DNA of 64,000 nucleotides from Alloascoidea hylecoeti (Eukaryota), in NCBI GenBank assembly GCA_001600815.1, contig BCKZ01000004.1:1019566-1083565 (forward strand). Direction: 5' to 3'. Below are positions 23,500 through 33,955 of this stretch, piece after piece. Numbering within the stretch: position 1 is the first letter of the stretch; every line of letters begins with the position of its first letter. A model generated the notes under the pieces. That model saw only the letters and a list, made by a program, of their open reading frames with translations, did not search any database and was not told the DNA's origin. Made by a program: the position numbers and the translations under genes.

Positions 23500-24433
23500 A
23501 GATAATATGGGGCCAGCTTTTAATCCAACGTCTTTAAATTTTAATTTTTCAACTGGTGGATATTTTTCATTTGTATCTCAATATGGTAAATATTAAGCAT
23601 ATTTTGAAAGTTGATGTTCTGTTTTGGTACTGTTAATTTACAATCTTTAACGTTTGCAGTATCATCATTTTCTTTCCAATTACCGTTGAAATGATTGGCT
23701 AAGTCATACAGTTGGGCATTTTTGTGATAGATCAAGCGTTTGAAAATTTAGAGTAGTGGAAGATCTAATTTTTCTTTTGCTGGATCAATTAACGGATTGG
23801 ATAAATTATCCGGGTTTTGTCATGATAATCCGTAAGACATGTCATATGCATATGCACATTGCACATTTCACACTTTAATAAATACTCTACGATCAAGAAA
23901 CATTCGTTTTCTATTGAAAACCCTGGAACTTTTTGAATTTTGGTGTCGTATATAAATTAATTGTTACGGGATAGATTACTAATTTATTAATATTGACACA
24001 CCAGCCCTAAAACTTCTATGAACTTTTGAGTATGAAGTAGTATGAGTACAATGAATACTCCAATGAGTACATTGGAACATAGTAAATGTTAACATCAGCC
24101 ACAAAGCTGATGTTGCGATTTAACTTTACGATTGCGTGTTATTTATATGTACCTTCGCAATAATTACTCTTATTACCTGCATTTTTCCCTCTTCTAACAT
24201 ATCAACATAAGCTTACATGTATATAGCTATATTTCTATAAGTTTAATGGTACTTAATAGTATGTGAAAAATGCCAACGGCTCATAAATATTCAAATAAAT
24301 CAATTATGCATACAACCGATATTGCGTCACATAACTTATACTAAAGACAGTTTAATATGGTTTCACTATAAAAAGAGATGAATGGAATATTCCTTCTGGT
24401 AACTACTTCATTGCTCATTTCTGATTTCTACTA

Positions 24434-26065
24434 ATGTCTAATCATTCTATTGATGGGAAAAATTCAGTTGTGAATATTCAAAGTATTCCCAGCGATAGTG
24501 AAAATAAAGGTGCTGAATCAACACAAAACAAACAACATAATGATAATTTTATTTCAAAAGATGGTCAACTAATCATAACAGAAAAACTTGATAATGTTTT
24601 TAAAGATCCAAATGTTTATTCTTATTATAAAAATGTTTATGAACGTTGTAATTATGAATGTAGACATTTACTTGATCCTGATTTTGAATGGGATAAAAAA
24701 GAAGAAAAAGCAGTTGTTAGAAAATTAGAATATAGAGTTATTTTTTGGGCATGTATGATGTTTATGGCTCTACAAGTTGATAGAGGAAATCTAAATCAAG
24801 CAGTATCTGATAATATGTTAGATGATCTTAATATGATTACAAATGAATATAATCATGGTAATACTATTTTTTTTGCAACTTTTTTAAGTGCTGAACTACC
24901 ATCTCAATTGATTTCAAAAAAAATTGGTCCTGATAGATGGATTCCTATGCAAATTACTCTATGGTCAATTGTTGCTATTTGTCAATGTGCTATAACTGGT
25001 AAAAAAATCTTTTTATGCTACAAGAGCTTTACTTGGTTTTATCCCTGATATTGTCTTATGGTTATCATATTTTTATACAAGTGATGAATTACCTATTAGA
25101 TTAAGTATCTTTTGGAGTGCCCAATTTTTAACTATAATTTTAACTTCAATTCTGGCTTTTGCAATTTTAAGAATGAGAGACATTGCTGGATTAGAAGGTA
25201 TATTTACATTAACTATTGGAATTTTTTCTTTTTTTAAAATGACACCATCTGCTGTTCAAACTAAAACAAAATGGAGACCAAAAGGTTGGTATACAGATAG
25301 AGAAGAAAAAATTGTTGTTAATAGAGTTTTAAGAGATGATCCTTCAAAAGGTGATATGAATAATAGACAACCTATTACACCACTTGAATTATGGCATTCA
25401 TTAACAGATTATGATTTATGGCCATTATATATGATTGGTTTAATTGCCTATATTCCAAGTAAACCATTAAAGAATTATTTAACTTTAGTTTTAAAACAAT
25501 TATGTTTTAGTACTTTTAATACAAATTTATTAACAATTCCTTATAATGTACTTGAAATTATATTATTGTTATTTGTGAGTAAATTATCGGTGATATTAAA
25601 TGAGAAATCTTTAATTTGTTTATCTCAACCATTATGGATCTTACCAACAATGGCTGCGTTAAGATGGTGGCCAGGTTCAATGGTTAAAGTATGGCCAACA
25701 TATATTATTGCAACATTATTACTTGGTGCTCCTTATATTCATGCAATTCTTGTTAGTTGGTGTTCAAAAAATTCCAAATACAGTAAGATCAAGAACAGTT
25801 TCTGCATCTTTATATAATATGATGGTTCAATTAAGTTCAATTATTGTTTCAAATATTTATCGTATATCATAGAGGTAATACTCAATTATTTATAATAAAT
25901 ATTGTTGTTATTATTCTTTTAATTTTAACTAAAATTTATTATATATGGAGAAATAAAACAAGAGATATTAAATGGAATAATATGAGTCAAAAGGAAAGAG
26001 AAGATTATTTAGAAAATACAAATGATAAAGGTAATAAAAGGTTAGATTTTAGATTTTCTCATTAG
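24434..26065 (+). pseudogene. SOA1: Soa1/YIL166C-like sulfonate transporter (Dal5/allantoate permease MFS) pseudogene
   Basis: YECRHLLDPDFEW...DRGNLNQAVSDNML...AELPSQLISKKIGPDRWIP...NRVLRDDPSKGDMNNRQ...GNKRLDFRFSH broken over three ORFs by frameshifts (~25005, ~25775) and short deletions. Confidence 0.85.
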
Positions 26066-26444
26066 ATCAGTATCTTGTTTTTATGTATTTATTTGTGTAA
26101 TTTATTATATTTTATAAAATTTAAATCTATAGTTCAAAACATACAAGGAATTACATTAAACATTAAAATCAAAAGAACATTCAATAATAAATTCAAGCAG
26201 TCCTTTTAAATATCCATTAATTTCTTCATCTGGAAATGATTCAATAGGCACTTCCACAAATATATAATTTTTTAGATCTTAATTCAGCGGCAGGAAGATT
26301 TTGAACGAGTTTTAATTAAACAACTACTAATTTCATAAAATTATCCCAGATACAATATCAACCATATCAACTTCAGTTGAGTTTTAAATATTGATTTTTG
26401 TTGATTATATGTAAGAACATGGTGGAACAAATTTATAGTTCATT

Positions 26445-26813
26445 ATTTTATTTCTAGTCCTAAAAGTTTTTCAATGTAATTGATTTGAACTGATTCTTTT
26501 TGTTCATGTCTTCTTCTTCTAGTGCCTCTTGGCAGTATTATATTCCCTTCATTGGTTGAAATTAATAAGTTTTTCGGAATATGTAATTCTTCANCATCAA
26601 ATGTNNNNNNTNNNNNNNNNNNNNNNNNNNNNNNNNNNNNNNNNNNANNNNNNACATTTGATGNTGAAGAATTACATATTCCGAAAAACTTATTAATTTC
26701 AACCAATGAAGGGAATATAATACTGCCAAGAGGCACTAGAAGAAGAAGACATGAACAAAAAGAATCAGTTCAAATCAATTACATTGAAAAACTTTTAGGA
26801 CTAGAAATAAAAT
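26445..26813. repeat. Inverted repeat of copia RT sequence: arms 26445-26604 and 26654-26813 (160 bp), 49-bp N-masked loop
   Basis: Arms are reverse complements, with a mirrored N at 26594/26664. Confidence 0.88.
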
Positions 26814-27766
26814 TAACTAAAAACAATGAAAATTTAAGATGCTTATTAATGAAGAAAGAAGGAGCAATAAAAGAAATCGGATTAGAATTAGATCTTGGGG
26901 ACGAGACAAATAATAAAATTATGAAAGCTTTAATTCCTTACAAAGCTAATAACTTTATAAGAAAAGAGGAATTAACAATGACAAAACTCAAATTTGACTA
27001 TAGAAGGGTTCTAGGTATGATAATGTATATATCTAATTCCTATTTTTGTTCCTTCTCCTGATGTAAACCCAATACCTATAGATATGACATAACCTATATT
27101 TGCAATTATATCAGCAGATACACAGATTACAAGTGTAAGGAAACATCAGAGATGTTAATTCAACTTGGAAGATACTTAACAAATACAAAAGAATTTGGCT
27201 TAAAAATCAAAAAATCTCTGAAATTTATTTCTGGTCTTGCAAGAATCGATTTTTATATTGATGCAGATCACGCTAATGATAGAGATGATAGATATAGTAC
27301 TTCTGGTGCTTTGATGTTATTGAACAACAACATTATCTACTATCATAGCAAATTGATGAGAATTGATGTCAAGAGTAGTTCAGAAAGTGAACTTTGTTCG
27401 TTAGATTTATCAATGGATAAAATAGACCGATTAAAGACACAAATATCTTGGGGTTATTTAAAAAGGTAGAAATAAAAATTTATGAAGACAATATGCCAGT
27501 AATTCTTTGGATCACTGGAATAAAGAATTATAAGATGAGAACAAAAACCTTGGATAACAAGTTGAAAGTGTTAAGAAGGAGATTTAATAAAGAATCCAAA
27601 TCAAAAGATGAGGTAGATTCATGGAATGAAAATCTTATCAAAATTGATGGTAAACTGAATCTAAGTGATTATCTTACTAAACCCATACCAAAGGGTGAAT
27701 TTCTATCATTAAGAGATAAATTGAACAACTCACTTTAAGTGACTTGAATACACAATTGAGAAGGAG

Positions 27767-28018
27767 TGTTGATTATATGTAAGAACATGGTGGAACAAAT
27801 TTATAGTTCATTATTTAGATTAACTAGACTAAATAGTTTTTGGGGATTCCATAATTTATATGGAGGAATTCCTACATTTTAGAAAGTATCGTAAAAATAT
27901 AATATAATAAATATATTCATATTTAATTTCCAAGAGTTTAAGAACAACGTGTTTATACAATCTGAGGACATCAATTAACAATGAGCGAACAAGAATCAAC
28001 ATCTAATTCTATTCAACA
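27767..28018 (+). repeat. Copia 3' LTR, 252 bp
   Basis: TGTTGA...TCAACA termini directly after the PPT; first 50 bp identical to 26399-26448. Confidence 0.92.
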
Positions 28019-29060
28019 ATTTTAACATCAATTGGTAATTTATTTAATATTTCTTCATTACGACCAAATCCAGTGATCTTTTTAGCACCAAAATGACGTT
28101 CCATTTGAATTGACAATTGACCACTAGCACGCACTGGTAACTCCCAAAATACCTACTGTGAAATTGGCAGGCAAAACATCTAATGATTTAACTCTTCCTG
28201 CTAAAGCCAAATAAGCAGACATGCTGGATTAGTCAATGCAGTGATCTTTGCATTTTTTCGGTGGTTAACCCCTTTGGAAGAGGTACTATGCATACAACGT
28301 TTCAGCTATCACAATATTGTGTATATATATTAACATTTAATTTTGACTACTTTAATTTGTACATTAATAAAGATATCCAATATTGTTAAATAAGAACATT
28401 TTATTTGCTTTTAAGGATAATCAATTATATAATATTGTAACGCTTATAGAGCAATCGTAACGTAGAGCTTATAATTAACTAACTTCATATCTTTACGGAG
28501 TTTATAATTAATATTATTATAAAGGTGTATAACTTATATGTAAGCTTATATCATTGTATTTATAACTTTATAGTATATGGTTCTTGGTCTTTGAGTTTTA
28601 TTAATGTGCGGAAACTTGGAAAAAGGAGGCCGTAATTTACTAGTAGAGTATTTTGATTAAGTTGATGAGCAGGAATTAAGATTATGGGTTTACAAACGGT
28701 GTAGAAATGAAAGAAAGATTTATCTTTTGAATCTCTTTCAAAATACTGGAACTTTATAGAATTGGAAATCATTGATAATCTGATTAATTTCAAGTCTTGT
28801 ACAATCCATTTTGTGGTAAAGGGCAGCTAACACTAGTAAAGAGTAGATTTAAAATTTTTGTTATATATAAACTAATATAATCTTTAGTATATACCATTTT
28901 AAGAATAGTTTAAGATCTTATAGAATATTCAGTGGCTGGTTATATTATTGCCATCCCTTTTGAAGGGTGCCCAAAAAAAAGTGGTTCCGGTTTAATGTGT
29001 TAGGTGTTGTACATCAGTGAGCTGACTCCTTATGTAGAAACTTTCCTTAAACTTGTAATC

Positions 29061-29290
29061 GATATCTCTGAGATTTTGTGGAGTTAATTAGTTTTGAAAT
29101 ATTTATCCATCACTCCACAAGGGTTATTTTATACACTTTATATTACTAGAATATCAGGTTTTATTTTTATTTGTTCTTTATTCGATTTGATTCTCAGCTG
29201 CAGTAATTTAAATGTTGTGTTAGAGGTGCATATTTGTTGATATATATTAATAGTTCGTTTTGTTTTATGGTTAGTAAGTTAGTAATAAAA
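29061..29290 (+). repeat. Diverged direct repeat, copy 2 (copy 1 at 21252-21470)
   Basis: Same 30-bp identity and collinear downstream blocks as copy 1. Confidence 0.8.
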
Positions 29291-30985
29291 AGGTGTTGTC
29301 TTTTTAAATGTTATCATAATCTCTAGAAGTGCTAAAAATCTTAGACACTCAACTAAGCTGGGTATTAAAGGATTTTATAATTTGACTATGATTAACAACA
29401 CAGTTATGTACCAGTAACAATGGACTTGTAACGGGTTAGATCACATGACAGCGCATGATCAGTAGATATAAAAATTGGTTATTGGGGAGAAGCCTAATTC
29501 ACAACATTACAGAAAATATTGAGTAGTTTGCTAATATTGACAATTGACAATTGATAATTTGACATGCAAATTTACCAGTATTAGCAGAGAGAAAACTGAA
29601 AGTTTTAATTTACATGTATAGGATAAATTACTACCATATAATATATTAATATTCATTATTATTGTAATACAATAAACGATTGAAAAACTAATTGAAAAAT
29701 AAAAATCTTGAATTAATCATTTTGATTTTTATAATAACATGATATTACTTTTTATATTTTAGATATGTCTATATTTGAGAATCTTAGAATGAATCATAAA
29801 TATTAATGATTTTCAAAAGATAATCAAGGGAATGTGTTGAAATTATGTTTTCAAGATGCATTTATTTATCTCATTTCATTTAAATATTTACACCAAATTA
29901 ATTAATTAGTTATTATATTTCCATTCAATCCCCAAAATGGAAAATCAGCAGAGCAAAAAAAAAAAAAAAAAAAAAAAAAACAAGTACCGAACGTACACTC
30001 TTCCAAATGTCCCATTGATACATATCACTCACTGCCCAGTGCCCATTTCGAGAGATCAATAAGTAAACACTAAAAAAGGTATTTTGCATATGACATATTT
30101 TCAATTGGTCAATTAATAATTATCTTATGTTTAATTATTCAAAACAAAAACTTTAAATTTTGAGAGAATATCTAATTATATCTCATTGTTCCTGTTATTC
30201 TAGGATTATTGGAATAGGTATATTGTTATTTTTCGATTAAGAACCTGGAAATTACGATGGTAAGTTCCGTAATTAACATAAATTAAAGCTTTTTTTTCCA
30301 CCTCAGTATTTCTTTCATATGGTATGGTGGGCTGATATGAAACTAATATAGATATTATGTCATACTACAAGTCAAGTTAACTGTTATGCATGGTATAAAT
30401 ATTTAGTGGCAAAGATTATGGCAGTGGCAAGGATTGTAAGGTGAGACAAGGCAAAAACGTTAACGGCCTTAATATTTCTATTTATAACACATAAAGATAA
30501 ACAAACGATTTCCTAAGCTTTTTTAGGAAATATAATTAAATAATAAGACCCGATTAATTCAGTATAGGGATAATGATGGATGAGCCTTCTTCTCTGGTTT
30601 TACTACATAATATCTATTAGTAATGTATACTTTTTGATATGTGAAAATTATAATTACGATATATAGTAATTCCACTTAATTTCGACCACTTGATGGCACA
30701 TTTGGTGGAGCACGTAAGTTCATAATCAAAAAAAAAAAGATAATATATGTAGTTCCAATTCTAAAATATATCTCTTTTTGTAGTTACTAACATGTACAGA
30801 TGTTAATCTCTCAACGATATACTATCTATTACTCAGTAATAATATGTTTATGTTATTTTGCAGGATATTAATATTATTATATATATAGTTCAAGTTAAAT
30901 ATACATAGTTTTATATAGGCCGATAAAATGACAGTAATAAAGGTATAATTTAATGTAAAATCCAAAATTTGTATAAAAATTAGCC

Positions 30986-31017
<32 letters not shown>

Positions 31018-31063
31018 GAGCAATAAAAAATTCATTTAGAATCATTGAAAATAATAATAATTG

Positions 31064-31105
<42 letters not shown>

Positions 31106-31164
31106 AAACTGTCGTATGGGTTATAAAAGAAAAAACTGTACAAGAAATTTTAAAAAAGATGTGT

Positions 31165-31753
31165 TTAAGTACCAATAATAATCCCAACGATTATTCCAAT
31201 TAAACATAAAATTATAAAACAAATTGATATTAAACCAGATATCAATTTATATTTATTTTCGACCATACCAATTGTATTATCTAAACAACCAAAAGTAATT
31301 AATAATAATAATGGAGGACATGTAAAACTCATACAAAAAATTAAAGAAATTGACATATTTGATGGACATTTTTTAATAAAATTTTGATAATTATTATCAA
31401 TTTCTAATTCTTTATCTTTAAAATTATATATAATTTTTTTTTTTTTTTTTAATAATAATTTATTATTATTTAAAGATGATGATAAAATTGGTGGGAAATA
31501 AGTTGTTGGTGGATAATATTTATAAGAAATATATGATTGATTTTGATTTAAATTTAAATTTAAATTTAAATTTACAGTTGATAAATCAATTGATTTTTTT
31601 TTACTTCTTGTTATTGATAATGAATTTTTTATATTAATTTGTTGTTGTAAATTTAAATTTAAGTTTGATTTTAATCTAGTTTTTGAATGATTTTCAAATT
31701 GTGGTAAATCTAATGATTCTAAATCATTTTCAATTTCAATTTCAATTGATGAT

Positions 31754-31790
<37 letters not shown>

Positions 31791-33582
31791 CTTTTATATT
31801 TGATTTTAAACTTGTTTTTGAAATAGATTTTGATTTTATAATCATTGAATTAAAAAAATTAAATGGTGGTGATGATTGAATTTTTGATATTAAACTATTA
31901 TTATGTTTTAATTTATCATCATCTTTAATATTTATATTATTTGCATTGGTTGAAATTGTTGATTGTAATTGAAGTTTTAAACCAAGATCATATATTGTAA
32001 ATTCAGGACTGTTTAAAGGAAAAGGAAATGATGGTGTAATACTTGAATTTGATAATGATGAAACATTAGATTTTGGAGTTGGGATTAAATGAGGTCTTAA
32101 ATTTGATGATGATGATGGTGAATTATATGATCTTGGAGATGGAATAAAAATTGGAGGACTATTATGATTATTAATGAAATTAAATTGATTTATATATGCA
32201 GATGATTTCTTATTATTAATTGGTTGATAATTATTTAAATCAGATGGTGATGGAGGATATAAAGAAGGAGTTTTAAAAACAGGAGTATTTGGTAATTTTA
32301 TTGATGGTGTTATAAAAGTTGATGAATTTGGAGTAATTGGTAGTTTTATTGATGGAGTATTTGGTGGATTTATAGATGGTGGTAATGATTTTCTTGAAGA
32401 TTTTAAATTTTTAATTTCATTATCATTATCATTATCATTTGTTTTAGATATCATTACAGTTGATAAAGGTAAACCTTTAATACTTAATCCTAAACCATTA
32501 CTAAGATTACTATCAATTATTAAAGATTTTCTTGTTGAAGTTGATTGTATTCGATTTGGAGAAGTATGAATTTGATTTGTTGTTTCATTAAAATTATCAA
32601 TTAATTTAATTGATCTTCTTTTAATTGAATTATGATTATCATGTTTTAATGGTTGTGAAGGTGATTCATATTCAGATTCAGATTCAGATTCAAATTGAGA
32701 TTGTAATTGTGATTGTAATTGTAATTGTAATTGATTTTGAAATTTGTTATGTCTTAGACGGGTATTTGATAAACGTTTTGAATCAAATGGCCAGATTGAT
32801 TTTAAAGAATCATCACGATTTGAAATATTCATATTCGTATTCATAACATTATAATTATTATTAATAAAAGGCGGTTGTATTAGTTGGGACTTATTATGAA
32901 GATTTGATATTGATAAATTTGAAACCGATTGAAACAGCATTTCTGTAGGGACGGTTTCCAGAGTATCAGAAATTAAGGAGGAAGAAGTGTTGCAGTGTTT
33001 GTACTTTAGATTCTGCAGATTTTGTATACCTGCATTATTATCCAATGAGCTATTCAACGGACTGCTCGAAGACTTTGGAGGTTTTGTTGGATAGTAAGAA
33101 ACAGTTGGAAAATGGCTTACAGGACAGTTCAGTTTTGCTTTTCCAGCCGAACGTCTGTTCACATTTAAGATTGGCAATTGACTTGAATTAAGTTCAGTGA
33201 ATCCACTACTGAGGTAGACGGGGATATAGGCTTTGTTGATGTTGATGTTGTTGTTGTTGATGTCGTTGTCGCAGTCGTCCACACGTCGCAGCCGGAGGGT
33301 GTGAGGAATGTTCTGCGCCGGGTGGGTCTTGCCAGCGTCGGAGCCGAGCAGACCCAGGTCCGACAGAGACAGCTTGGTCTCTTTTTTTTTTCTGAGAGCG
33401 GCCGGAGTCGACATATGCGAGCAGCCAGCGGGGGGGCAGCCCTCGTCAGCGGGGGGGCAGCCCTCGTCAGCGGGGGGGCAGCCCTCGTCTGGGCAGCCCT
33501 CGTCTGGGCTGCCAAAGCACAGCGGCTGGATCGTCATGCTGCCCTCGTGGATGGAGATTCGGTTCAGGGAAGACACCTCCAT
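31165..33582 (-). CDS. Low-complexity protein with C-terminal two-TM hairpin, Bud8/Bud9-like
   Basis: Long S/N/P-rich region, then IFCMSFTCPPLLLLITFG and a terminal LIGIIVGIIIG segment, as in Bud8/9-type tails. Start codon uncertain (first ATG 33582). Confidence 0.55.
33426..33513. repeat. GC-rich minisatellite: 3 x 21 bp CAGCGGGGGGGCAGCCCTCGT plus shorter 15-bp variants
   Basis: Units at 33426, 33447, 33468; encodes (DEGCPPA)n on the minus strand. Confidence 0.92.
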
Positions 33583-33640
33583 TCGCAGTTTCTTTCTAAC
33601 AATACACGCAACGGTGGAAAACAATAAATTAAATTAAAAT

Positions 33641-33756
33641 AAACGCGCTGTCCCCCCGGCCGGGTAACCCGCGCGAGGACACGCAGACACGCAGACTCGC
33701 GCAGCCCTGGCCTGCATCCACGCAGCTCCACGCAGCTCCACGCAGCTCCACGCAGC
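33641..33756. promoter_or_regulatory. Candidate UPRE-like array upstream of HAC1
   Basis: Six CACGCAG copies (33680, 33688, and 4 x 10-bp CCACGCAGCT tandem 33718-33756) plus GGACAGCGCG on the minus strand near 33644-33653; TATTTATA at ~33862. Confidence 0.45.
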
Positions 33757-33955
33757 ACCGGACATGCGCCCGCGGTTGCCGTTCTGGGCGGGCCCGAGTC
33801 GCAGGAGTCGCAGGACCCGGCCGCTCCTGAAACCCGACAGATCCAGCCGGCGCACTGAGATTATTTATAGGCGCCTTCTTCCCCCAATTCCTCCTCCTGA
33901 TTTCTTCTCTTCCAGCTTTCCTCTGTCTTCTTCCTGCTTGCCTATCTCCTCCACA

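Larger units (their letters stand above)
21780..23845 (-). pseudogene. TauD/Jlp1-family sulfonate dioxygenase pseudogene, split by the insertion at 22046-23499
   Basis: Fragments EKYPPVEKLKFKDVGLKAGP | NLLP..PKFGTVVTGVVFGDQDFKDLPIQEAAAYGEYFDHVLPTSGSPNGCLEIH/LVYRQ join across the TSD. Frameshifts, deletions, catalytic C-terminal part not recognisable. Ends approximate. Confidence 0.8.
26399..28018 (+). mobile_element. Truncated Ty1/copia retrotransposon (RT C-terminus, RNase H, PPT, 3' LTR); 5-bp TSD ATTTT
   Basis: YRRVLGMIMYI, RYDI, YIDADHAND, SSSESEL, IYEDN, NLSDYLTKP; PPT GAGAAGGAG 27758-27766; ATTTT at 26394-26398 and 28019-28023; only 50 bp of 5' LTR (26399-26448); internal stop and frameshift. 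Confidence 0.93.
26150..28300 (-). pseudogene. MDR-family quinone-oxidoreductase-like pseudogene, split by the copia insertion
   Basis: Fragments ALTNPA/SAYLALAGRV..FTVGILGVTSA/SGQLSIQ..FGAKKITGFGRNEEIL..DVKI continue past the TSD into VDMVDIV; frameshifts and stops. Ends approximate. Confidence 0.65.

Noticed and set aside
23850..24430. Sulfur-regulon sites in the TauD/SOA1 promoter (ATTGCGTCAC, GCCACA)
   Set aside because: Only partial matches; no TCACGTG or full AAACTGTGG.
33426..33756. CRISPR-like array
   Set aside because: Head-to-tail tandem repeats without unique spacers, in a eukaryotic genome.
33165..33855. Several overlapping ORFs and a 64-aa N-terminal extension of Hac1
   Set aside because: Expected from stop-poor GC-rich repeats; a TATA-like box and pyrimidine-rich leader lie upstream of ATG 33956.
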